The notes beneath the pieces were generated by a model that worked only from the letters and a program-made list of their open reading frames with translations, did no database searches and was not told where the DNA came from. The translations under genes were made by a program, and so were the position numbers. From positions 939,613-976,880 of the forward strand of contig BDGG01000007.1 in assembly GCA_001949185.1 (NCBI GenBank): a stretch of 37,268 nucleotides of DNA, written 5' to 3'. Of this stretch, positions 11,442 through 22,241 are shown in pieces; within the stretch, counting starts at the first letter, position 1; each line of letters starts with the position of its first letter. The stretch is from Ramazzottius varieornatus. Lineage: Eukaryota; Animalia; Tardigrada.

Positions 11442-14400
11442 CGAGGAGCGAAGGTCAACTTCGCCCGTTTGCCGAACTGGCGCATACTTCGCCCACTGAC
11501 GGTTTTCTCACTAACCGTCCGCTATTAGAACCACAAATCAATTCACAAGTATCTTTGAACATCTGGCTTCATGCCTATTCTGTCAAAAATGGCAATGAAT
11601 GGAAGCTCATAACGGGAGAAATTCCACAGCGGAAGTCGTTCGGGAATTTTCGTTCGATATTAGGAAGCACGCTTTCTGCAGAGGGCACAGCAAGCCGAGC
11701 CAACTAAACCCCATGTGTGCCTGACCGAGCAGAATCACACGTTGCTGAAGGGTGTGCCCAAGGTTAACGATGACGCAACACTACCGTTCTTATCCAAAAT
11801 CGGAACGGCGGAAACTTTGCCCACTTCCGAGCGAAAACGCGTTGTTCATACAGTCTTCATTTGCACTATTCCTTGCTGGAAGGCTATCCTTCTTCTTGTT
11901 CTTTTACCGTCCAAGGTTTGCCTTGTCTGTATGATGGATCCGAGCTGTCCTTCAACAACATCCACGACTTCCGAAGGCAACCCTTCTGTCCGTGCTCACC
12001 TGCGATCCACGGAGAAGCTTTAGAAACGGCAATATGTACAAGCTCATCCCAACATGGAAGCAGCCATAAGTGCAGTCAACGATGGAATGTCCATAAGGAT
12101 GGCCGCCGAGGTGTATCATATACCTCACAGAACCCTCGGAAACAAAGTGAACGGAGAACATTGAAAGAAGGTCGGACATCCCAATACCTTCACGTTTGAA
12201 GAAGAGTCGGAAATTCTCGTCCGTTGTTCCAAGATTGGGGTTCCCCTCGGCAAACGTACTCTCATTAGAATCGTGAAGGAAATCGCCCTTGCAAAAAGTA
12301 AGGCTTTTTTTTTTATGGGCTCGTACTCGTACGAAGGATAACCTTCGGGTAATTTGTGTCAGCCGGATATTAAACATGAAATGCGCCAACAATCAACTTC
12401 CGAATGGTCACACACCGAGGATACCCTTGTCAATGGTATGCTTTTTTCCAGGCATGAACAGGGCTAAGTTTACCGACCGATGGCACCGGAAGTTCCTTGT
12501 GAGAAATCAGGAAATTTCTCTACGGATACTTGATGCATTGAGCTTCAAGAAGTCAGGAGAATGGACGTTTAGGCGCTGCGAACAATGGATTTCACTCCTG
12601 CAGAAGCTGAGTAACGATGGATTTCTTGATGATGCTGAAGGAATGTGAATTTTGGATGAATTAGGTTGGAGGAGCTCTACGACAGAGTCTACGCGGAGAG
12701 AGGTGTGAAAGAAGCGGTCGGCTAAGTGACCGAAACCGATCGGGAAAATATCACCCTTAAGGCTATGGGGAACGCGGCTGGGAAGATGCTTCGACCGCTG
12801 ATTCTCTACAAGGGGAAGATGCATATTGGATCTCATTTTCGGGACACACCCGACGCTTGCTATGTGGGCACAAATTCATCGGGAGTGATGGATACAGATG
12901 TCTTAACAGAATTCTTGGAGAAAGAATTCCTGACTTCTACGACGTGCACCAACGTATTTGTTGTCTGAAATGCTGGTCTCAACAAACTTCTTCCATTTTG
13001 TATGAGTGGCACCAAGGTTAACCATGTATGTTTTTGATCTCTGACAGAACGTTCAGTTCTACGATGGACATTCGCTCGCCTGAGGCAAGAGAAGGACATC
13101 CGAATGGTTGTTCTTCTTTCGGGACAGACAGCTTTCTTACAGCCGCTAGACAAAGAGGTATTCGGCAGAGTGAAGCTAAATGGCATAAATTACCTTCGGG
13201 AATCCAGGTTGGACACGTCGATTGATGTAAGTAAAGAGGGTCATGTTGCCCGAAACCGAGTTCAATGGAGATCCATGCCATTATATCTCAAACTTTCAGG
13301 TTTCGCGCCGCAACTTTCCCGCGTACATCATGAGGCTTTAGAAACCAGATTTCCCACCGTACTCTTACATTTTAGGTAAGACCGTACCAGCCGGGGTTAC
13401 CCTTGTATTTGGCTTTCTACAATCGAGGACCAGCGAGAACGTAATAGAAAACCAACGTGAGCTCGGCAAACAACTCGCCAGATCGTTTGACTAAGTAGCA
13501 CACGTTTTCGGAAATAATGGGTCGAAACCCGCGCCACTTAAAAAACGGTTCGATCGGTTATGCATTTCGTGTGAAGGTTATCCTACTGAGTTATATTCGT
13601 TTCAGATGGACCTTTGACGAAAGGATTCCGAAAAATCGGAAGTTTTCCGTTTAACGCTGAGCTGCTGAGAGGTACAGTGAATCCGCACTTGGAAGTCGTC
13701 GAAGAAACGGAGCTAGAAAGTGAACAGCGTTTTGCCGACATCCCCAAGATTCTTCGCGAAAAGATTGGTCTGACAGAAGACAGGACTACCAGCTGCCTGT
13801 TGAAAATCAGAAAGATAATGACAGGCGAGTCGGTGGGCTCAGTCGTCGCTTTAAGAACTTGGTCCGGAGTGCTCCTCAGAAGAAACGTCGAGAAAAAGAT
13901 TCCCGTTTGGATGTTTCCAATGGAAGAATCCTTACTGAGAGTACCTACATCAGCACAAAGAAAGCCGCGATAGAAAAGAGTAAAGAGAAAGCCGAAGGTT
14001 TGAGAAACCAAAAGGGAAACATCGAGGAGGTAGAGGAAAGCGCGACAGACAACGAAGATGAAAGCATCAGTAGCCAAGGATACCCTTGTCAAGCTCCACC
14101 GAAGCGACAGAGAAAGACGGCTAAGCAGATGGCTGCGGAGATAGCAAGTGACGTACCCGCATTACAGTCGAACATCGAATCTTCTCTGGAGGTTCCTGAA
14201 GGATACCCTTCGAAGACCAAAGCAAAGCGGGCCACGGCACGAGCTCAGAACACTCCAGCTCCCAGAAAGAAGCCTTCAGCACCGGCTTCAAAAACAAAGG
14301 CCAAGATGCTTCCATTACCAAAAGCTAAACCTCGAGTCTCTGCTGTAAAGTCGAAGGCTAAGAAGACTTAGATGGCATTTGAACGTTATTCCTTGTGAAG

Positions 14401-14840
14401 AGAATTCCACTGCTTAGCCGCCATAAAGTTTCGCCTTTTCGCGAAAGGAAACCGTAAGGACTCGGCAAACAAACTCCACATGATCGTTTTCCCAAGTGGT
14501 GCACGCTACCAGTAACTATTACTAGAAACGTGCGCATGTTGAAACACGACAAGATTGTTTTCCCAAGTGACGCACGCTTCTGTCCAATTAAACTGTCACA
14601 ACAACGCATATCTGACACCGGAAGTGGAAATAAAGTGTGTACGCGGTAGGTGTGCATTGGCATCTGCCTTGATTCCTATGGAAAATCAGAACGGCTGAAA
14701 CTTTGCCCTATCTTTCTCGGTCGCCTCATGGCGGTCAACGCGATCAGCTGATTTTGACCGAGCTAGGGTGCCAACATTGCCACCTGCAGAACTTGACTGG
14801 GCGAAGTATTCATGCAAGCGAAGTAAGGCCTCGCTCCTCG
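11442..14840 (+). mobile_element. Decayed pogo/Tigger-type DNA transposon (~3.4 kb)
   Basis: Ends TA|CGAGGAGCGA...ACTTCGC and GCGAAGT...TCGCTCCTCG|TA (18/23 inverted match). An inner inverted 12-mer pair ATACTTCGCCCA (11484-11495) / TGGGCGAAGTAT (14798-14809) supports the boundaries. The interval encloses transposase remnants. Confidence 0.7.
12050..14371 (+). pseudogene. pogo-family DDE transposase pseudogene (psq-type HTH, CENP-B-type HTH, DDE_1)
   Basis: Ordered fragments: MEAAISAVNDGMSIRMAAEVYHIPHRTL..GHPNTFTFEEE (psq HTH); DRWHRKFLVRNQEISLR; M*ILDELG (NxDE motif); ENITLKAMGNAAGKMLRPLILYKGK..SGVMDTDVLTEFL; FYDGHS; TAFLQPLDKEVFGRVK; KGFRKIGSFPFN; then a Lys-rich tail. In-frame stops and frameshifts are present. 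Confidence 0.88.
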
Positions 14841-16290
14841 TACAGTATGTCCGATGAAACTTGTGATATTTATCAACGGTCCTCGTTGAACGATTTCCGA
14901 AAAGTAATAAATTCCCAGATTAGTTCTGAACCATGCTGAATACCTGGCATCGAATTCCTCGCCGAACATTTTACATGGTTCTTCCGTGTCGATGTATCAT
15001 GGAGCTATGGGTGTATAGATGGACGGTTGCGAAATGACGAAGGACCATAGAATTAGCAAATATGACTTTTGCACCTCACGCCGTGCAGAAGAGCGCTTTG
15101 TTTTTAGACTTGGTTTGCCTTTGATTCATTCAAGCTCTCCAAGTGTGGTTTTTCTCTTTCCACTTTAGAATTTTTGCCCATTCCAGGCTTAGATCTCGTT
15201 TCTGAGTATGGGAGCTGCAACAGGATAAAACTGAGAAAGGTAGAGGACTACCACGCAGGAGAAGCTGCTCAAAGCATCAGCATATGCCTCTCTAAGTATC
15301 TGCAGCTTACCCGTTCTAATATGGCTGTTCTGTCTCAATTATGAATTATGTTGTTCAGCTCGAAGAGCAGCGGCAGTTGGTGGTCCATCAGTACGGGCAC
15401 TGATTTGGTCTTGACGTCATAAAAATGACATCACTGAAACGTATAGTGATGACGTTACTCTGCTGTACATTTATAAGCGTACGATCAGCCTAATCAGCTG
15501 ATCGTCGAACTTGGCTGCGGCACGGCCCTGTCACAGGAATTCGAATAGTTGTCTCGCTATGATGAGTGCGATCTCAGATGGAACTCTATTACAGCTTCAA
15601 AGAAGCTAAAAATATGCCTAGCTATACGTAGCTTCCGGTACGTAAGCCGAGGTCGCAAGTTGGCGGCCTGGTGAAACGCCTTTCTGGCTTGCCCAAGCTG
15701 TGCTTGATAGTACTATGGTTAGCAGCTACTCAATCAACGCAGTTTTTCCGTGACGTATCAGTTCTTCTCTGTGACGTCATGGTTCTCTCCTTCTCCAGAC
15801 CAAACCAGTGCCCGTATTCATCAGGCCCATGTGCTAATCGGACGAGAACAACGGGAGATGTATCTTTATCCACAGGCCACATTACCCCACACGAAAATCT
15901 TCAGCACAGCATTTTTAATGGAGATTAGTATGGGTGTAGTAGATTGACCGATATCTGAGCTACCTTCTGGCCGTTCGGACCTTCCCATAAACCCGTCACC
16001 TGACGAAGATAAGCAGTCAGATATTATTATTTCCTTGTCCGCTCAACGGGACTCACTGGTTGATTGTTTGAGCTGTCTTGATTGTGATTTTCGCCTTGAT
16101 CGTGATTTTCGTGCCAATCTCATGGAAAATTTTGCATCTTTCTTTGGTGCTGGAAGCATTTCTGCTGTGGTATTTTTTTCTGTGGAACAACTGGATCGCT
16201 GAACCCGTCCTGTATGATTAGGGATAGTCGGAGGATGGAGGGCGGGTCGGAAGGAAACGATCGACAGATGACCGCAAGACAGACTTATAA

Positions 16291-16791
16291 TCATGAGGCT
16301 CGGGCCCAATTTTTGGGACATTACTTTTGGTACCAAATGACCCTTTTTCTGCCATGTAATTTGAGAGAATGTTCAGGGGCATCGGATGGTAGCTTTACCG
16401 TACCTCGCCGTGGCTCAAAGTCTCGGAAAACTGTTCGCCTTTTTGTAATGATATTGTAGGAAACTTCAGGGGCGATTAACCTCCAAAACACCCCAGCTTG
16501 AGGGTTTGGTGTCAAAACAATTGTATGTGTAGTCTGGCGCTATGTGACGTCATTCTGATGCCAGAATTTTTTCGGACAAAAATTCGAACCTCTTTGGATC
16601 TTCCTGACGTGGCCGTTTGACCACTGGTCAAAAACCATATCTGAATTCAGATTTGTGTTCCTCGGTGTGTGTTTCATGTTATTACATCAGCAATTACAAA
16701 GAGCCCGTGGGGTGCCAATACTTCAAAACCGTTTCCTGAACAACCGCGATGTTAGTCAAAGTGACAAAAATCGGGCTGCCGAAACCCATAT
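16291..16791 (-). mobile_element. Degenerate copy of a ~500-bp MITE (same family as 27890-28392, opposite orientation)
   Basis: The reverse complement of ~16300-16630 aligns by eye to ~28050-28380 (e.g. TTTACCGTACCTCGCCGTGGCTCAAAGTC vs GACTTTGAGCCACGGCGAGATACGGTAAA). The right end GGGCTGCCGAAACCCATAT resembles the family TIR. The left end is approximate. Confidence 0.7.
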
Positions 16792-17692
16792 AGATAATGG
16801 TAAGGCCATGGTTGCCCATGAGGCCATGACGGTGACCGTATCGTATTTTATTGAAATAATTATATCACATCACAGTGCACGGGATTCGGTCGGGCAGAAT
16901 CAACGCGTCGGAATTTCGATATTGCACGGGATAAGCTGGAGAGGGAACCATTCAGACCATGCCACTCGCCGATCACAATATCAACACAAAAGTGCTGAGA
17001 CCCTTGGCACTCTACAAAGTATCGCAAAGCAATGCCAATGACCAACTGCGATACGCAGTTCCATTGATTGCTTAAAATGCGTCGATGGTAGTCTCAGCGA
17101 GACTGCAGGAGAGCTTGAACTTAACTGAATGTCATTCGCCCCAGCTGGTGACGGTAAACGGTGGCACATAAATCACGTGGAGTGACGTCACTATATATGA
17201 TATGTTATGTAGAATATCGCATGACGTATGACATGACCAGAAAAATTCCAAAAAAATCTGGAAAAATTCTGGAAAAGTTTGGGGAAGGTACAGAGCGCTT
17301 CCAATGCATACCGCAATGCCTGACGAGGTATGACTCAGACTGTCCGGAGGATTTTCATGGAGCCAGCCATGCCGCTGCGGCTGCGCAATAGCCCATGTGT
17401 CAAGCAATTGGTGCCCGGGTGTGGTGCCCGTCATGTGACAACCGGCCGGTAGTCGGGTCGGGTCGGTTAACTCGAGCAGTTCGATACCGCCAAAGGAACG
17501 GCTCTATAGGTGCAATTTACGTACACGGTTAACACATGGGTTCAAACCGTTGCGTCAACCTCAACCTTGCCATTCCCAAGCTGTTTTACGTCAGAATTTT
17601 CCAGCGGCATGGCGGTCATGCGGCTGGAGAAAATCTCAAAGGTGCGTCGTCCACTGTGCAGTTGAAATAGTGTTACAGCCTGCACAGCGTTA

Positions 17693-17965
17693 CACAAGAC
17701 AACCCGAAAACTGCTCGGTTGTCTGAAAAAACCCTAGATTTCACGTGTGGAAGGTGTAGAACTTTCGGGGAAAAATATTTTCGACATATTTGAGCGTATT
17801 GCGGCGCTGTAACAGCTTCCGTCGGATGCTACGGAAAATACTTTGAACAGGAGTTAGGTCATTTCTTACTTGCATGAGATCCAAATCGACTTCAGTTTAA
17901 GCTTTTCACGCGTGCATTCTGGAGTTTTTTCGACATATCCGAGCAGTTTTTTGGGTTGTCTTGTG
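17693..17965. mobile_element. MITE with CAC-starting TIRs (~273 bp)
   Basis: CACAAGACAACCCGAAAACTGCTCGG at the left is inverted with CCGAGCAGTTTTTTGGGTTGTCTTGTG at the right. Looser inverted similarity extends to about 60 bp. TSD unclear. Confidence 0.7.
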
Positions 17966-18333
17966 AACGTTTTAAAGGTTATAACACTTGTTCTACGGTG
18001 GCTGATGCACCGTTGGGATTTTCTCTAGCTCCAGGAAGCGGTTGTTGGCATTCACTCCCTGTACTTTGTGCAGAGCTAGGGGTAAGAGTTATCACGTGAG
18101 AGCACTGATTTTCCGACCTGGCGATCGACATGGTCTGGATGGTCCCTCGTGAGCGCAATGTGATATGTGAAAACATCGTATCACAGTATATCGATATTCT
18201 ACTGATACATCAATAAATTGCAAACAAGCAATTAACAAATAGGGTATCAATGCTCCGTTCAGGGTCAAGCAGGCAGCGCACTCTCGTCCGTACTACATAA
18301 TGCACATGCATCCATCTTTACTTCGGCGAACTA

Positions 18334-18502
18334 CAGTGTACCAAAAAATTAACCGTCGGTAATGGGTGTTAGAAGGAGCCAGATGGAAATGGTCAATGAA
18401 ATTTGCGTATGCGGCGAATCAAAACCGTTATTGGTCACAGGATAATTGAGCTCCCGTTTAATTGTCACGCCCATTATCGACGGTTAATTTTTCGGTAAAC
18501 TG
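18334..18502. mobile_element. Tc1/mariner-type MITE (169 bp)
   Basis: TA|CAGTGTACCAAAAAATTAACCGTCGGTAATGGGTGT vs reverse complement of the right end CAGTTTACCGAAAAATTAACCGTCGATAATGGGCGT (32/36). The right flank is TG, possibly a mutated TA. Confidence 0.75.
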
Positions 18503-18630
18503 TGGACAGTCAGCGGACCCACAGTAAGTGAGTGGCGTCAGACGTTATTGATTAAGCAACGTGCGCACTCGCCTCAATCAACATTTTGTATACTCTTTGG
18601 CTGTTTCTCGATTTGAATAGTTTTCAACCT

Positions 18631-19406
18631 GGTGATAGCTTGATATACTGCCCGCCCAAGCCAACTTGCTACCACTCATTTCTCTAAGGCCAGCTCGGCT
18701 CGATTGGTTTTCCACTTCGAAATCAATTCTCCCCGGTTTAGCATTCTCTTTGCTCTCTCTCGAAGAATTATTATTGGCAAGAAATCTGTTTACGGAAAGT
18801 CGTGATCAACGTTAACCTTGGAGAGGTGCTGAGTGAAAAACGCACCAACCTTTGTCATTTTTGGGTCCGTTTCCGAAATTTTTTTTCCAAGTTCTGCGTT
18901 GGCCTCCCGCGGTACGGTTACCAAACACAATTAATACAAACATTGAACTGAAGCAAACGTGGCTGGAACCGCAAATCAACCGTTCTGGAAAACAGTCAGA
19001 AGTTTTCTCGAAAACGAGTTTTCCCCAGCAAAACGGTCAGATTCGACGGTTTTAAATCGTTTGTCAAATTCGCTTGGACGTTTGCTGGTTCTTCTCGATT
19101 CTTTTCGACTATTAGAATAGTTATGTGTTTATTTACATCAATGTCAGGATAGGAACTCAAGCATGGAATTTCGTAGACTGCGTTCTACCTTTTGGCGGTA
19201 TGTCTTCCCCACCGGCAGTCATAATAGTCGAGTTTTTCAATCAGCTTGTCACCGTAACTGAACGAATCATAGATCAGTCGAAGCAGCTTGAAAATTTGCA
19301 TGGAGAAACGGGAAGCACGAACGGGAATTTAGCATTCTGAATTTATCCTCGTCGAAATGCCAGGTGGTAGCAAGTTGGCTTGGGCGGGGTGTATCAATGT
19401 ATCACC
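18631..19406. mobile_element. Non-autonomous TIR element (~775 bp)
   Basis: Perfect 25-bp inverted core CCCGCCCAAGCCAACTTGCTACCAC (18651-18675 and 19364-19388), extending imperfectly outward to GGTGATA/TATCACC. Exact termini uncertain. Confidence 0.65.
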
Positions 19407-19773
19407 GCAATATCAGAAAATTACCATCCCGATTCCCAGAAGGCTGTCACAGTTGACCGCTGAGCCAGAATTATCGTAAATAGCTGTAGTTTGGCTGTAA
19501 AGCCATTTCTAAACAAGAACTATCGATATCCTAGAATAACTTCAGCGGACTTGAAAGCCGGAAACCTCCAGCAAAACCACATTTTCAAAGCCCTCTCGAA
19601 ATCTACAGGCGTTTCGGAGTGACTCACAAATAATTGAGGAGCATTTGATTTGATGAGCAAACCTGGTGAAGTGAATTATACGAGAACTGTTGGAAAAGTC
19701 GAGGCAATCTTCAAATCATGCACAGGTACAGGACCGATACATCTGTGTATGATTGGCTGTGGTTGCACAGAAG

Positions 19774-20016
19774 CTGTACACGCACGACAGGAAATTATGG
19801 GGCCAGTAAAAATCATGGGACCAGGCGGAAAAGACGGCAAAATGGAAATGCAACCGTAGAAAAGGGCTGAAAAGTACATTAGTGTGAATCGGTCGCGTAC
19901 GTACGTGCTTCCGAACCGCCGTAGCGAAAAAGCCAGGTCCCGTAGCGAAAGGCCAGGTGTTTTTTGTTGTTCTTTTTACTTTTGCTGTACCATAATTTCT
20001 CGTCCTGCTTGTACAG
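19774..20016. repeat. Degenerate inverted-repeat element with short internal tandem repeats
   Basis: CTGTACACGCACGACAGGAAATTATGG vs reverse complement CTGTACAAGCAGGACGAGAAATTATGG. Internal duplication CCGTAGCGAAAAAGCCAGGT/CCGTAGCGAAAGGCCAGGT near 19919-19958. Confidence 0.45.
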
Positions 20017-20446
20017 GTGTTGTGGCACAGCGGTCAATCTGTGCAATACTTGCTTGATTGCCTGTTGTTGATTGCCAATAGGGCATATCGAAATGTCGAT
20101 ACTTCCTTCATATCGTGGACGAAATCTCAATATTGAAAGATATTTATCACGAAATGTCATATCATCTTTTTATCGTATTTATCCCAGCACTAGCTGTGGT
20201 ACGATGGCGTTTTGCAGGGTCTCTGGGCTTTTTTCCAGCTAAGTGCAGTCCATTCTCCTTTAACACAATTTTCTACGGTATAAGCTAATTCTCGCAGTCG
20301 ATCAAGCCTCACGCGGCTGGATGTCGCCGGTGCAGCCAAACGGAAGGGGTTCGAGCAGGCATCGAGGGTACAGCCGTGCACGGTATCCAGTTCCAATTTC
20401 GTGGTGTGAGTTTGTTTTGTTTACGTTATATCACTACTGGGGCAGT

Positions 20447-21563
20447 ATGACAGATTTGAATAATTTTACTCGTATGTCGAGTAGTAATGACTCCTTCGAT
20501 TTGAGCAATCTCGAAAGTATTTTTCAGTTTCACGAGCAAAACCGGCAGTTGGTTATGGTATACTGTGCATTATCTGCCATCTTCTGCGTTTTCGGGATAT
20601 TTTGTAACACGATTTGCTTGCTGGCCGTTCTTATCCACCCAGCGTTGAAGCATCGTGGTAACATCCTTGTGGGCAATTTACTTTTCCTGCATATTATTCT
20701 ATGTTCAACTGTGTATCCCATGAGCTTTATCTCTGTTTTACTTCGGGGTCTTCGATGGATAGGCTTTCCGCACAACTACATCAGATGGGTCATTTTTTAC
20801 TACCTTTCTGTTCATAGCTTAGTCTGGAGCGAATGTTTACTGTCACTTAACCGGTTTGTCGCGGTTCTCCTTCCTCATCAATACTTCCGCATTGCTACCA
20901 CAAAAGCAGTTTTTTTCACGATCGGTTTGAGTTATGTTGTACCACTCGGGCTGAACATCTATGCGTCCGCTACAGCTATTCCCACGTTCGCGACGGTCCC
21001 ACCCTTTGGAGGATGCTTGTACAATCCGAACGCGGATGCGCTCTTTCGACTGTCACACGGCGTTCTGGGTGTATATTTACCCTTCGCAGTAACCGGCACA
21101 GCTTATTTGACGATTTTCGTCGAGATATTCAGATCGAGGTTAGTTACCGGGCAGAAGTTGACAGCTTCCATGAAGCGAAGAGTCAGCATAGCGCAAATGC
21201 TCTTCGCGGCGTTCGTGTGGTTTTGCCTGACTTACCTCCCTCAGCCCATTTTGACGGCCTCCTTCAAAGATGTTTATCTGCAGCATCCAGTCTCCTACTT
21301 CCTGGTCCGACTGGCCCTATCTTTCGGTGCTAGCATAAACCCTGTAAGTATTACGTACTTCGGCTAAGTTAGCAGTTGCTTCCGGTTTGTTTTTGGACGA
21401 ACCTCCCATCTAATTTGCATGACCTACTTTCCAGCTTATATATGCCGCAATGAACAGGGAATACCGCGACGGGATGCTCTACGTTCTACGATACCGGAAC
21501 AGGCAGATTGCTGCAATGGATGGTTCAGTGGAGTTGGGAAATTTTACGACCCATAGATCGTAA
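20447..21563 (+). CDS. Orphan rhodopsin-like (class A) GPCR, 341 aa
   Basis: join(20447-21343, 21435-21563). N-terminal NFT/NDS/NLS sequons, seven hydrophobic segments, TM3 LSLNRFVAV, TM5 YLP, TM6 FCLTYLP. The phase-0 intron (CCT|gtaagt...ttccag|CTT) completes the TM7 motif NPLIY followed by AAMNREYR. Confidence 0.9.
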
Positions 21564-21777
21564 TGGATTCCGTTCCTTGCTGGTTTCCGGAGCCGAATGA
21601 TGCACCGCATAGATTGACGCCGTCGGTTCTAGTCCGGCGCATAATACAGCGAGACATCTGACAGTTCTATAGCGCAGGTGACAGAACCTGCCGTGGAATA
21701 GTCCGACTATTCAACGAGCCCACCCGCAGACTCGAGACACAGCTCCGCGCACAGGACCCAAACCGCGGGGAAACGTA

Positions 21778-21985
21778 CTGCAATGCTCCATGAATCTCAC
21801 GGACATACGTCACAACACGCGTGTACTAGACGCGTCACCTTACTCGACCACGCTATGCGTACTGTAACGTACCGTAATGCTTATTGAACTTCGCGAACTG
21901 ACGTCACAGGGAGCTCTTACTGCGACGTAATTAGCCAAGTTCAAGAAGCGTTATAGTAATGCGAGAGATTCATGAAGCATTAAAG
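21778..21985. mobile_element. Probable MITE (~208 bp)
   Basis: TA|CTGCAATGCTCCATGAATCTCACG vs reverse complement CTTTAATGCTTCATGAATCTCTCG (20/24), with TA on both flanks. Confidence 0.55.
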
Positions 21986-22241
21986 TACGACTGGAAGGAG
22001 CTTTTCGGAACTTCGCCTTTTCTCTTCGCAAACTCTGCTGATGTCCAGGAGGAATTCTCTCCGCCGATAGATGCATTCGTGGATTAATCAAGACACTGAT
22101 CTGTTCTTAGCGGTAGTATAAACTGTGAAGATATGAAGCGAGAGGCAGAAATTTGCTGGAAAAATTTTTGTGCGAGAAACGTTTTGGGAAATGTTCAAGA
22201 TCATCGTGTTGTAGACAAGGTTATGTCCTTGTTGATTTGGC

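Noticed and set aside
13583-14092. 169-aa hydrophobic minus-strand ORF and other antisense ORFs over genes (e.g. 34656-35264, 24288-24728)
   Set aside because: Shadow frames of real coding sequence on the opposite strand.
20321-20446. N-terminal 42 codons of the 348-aa GPCR ORF
   Set aside because: Not receptor-like; Met at 20447 directly precedes the N-glycosylation sequons and is the more plausible start.
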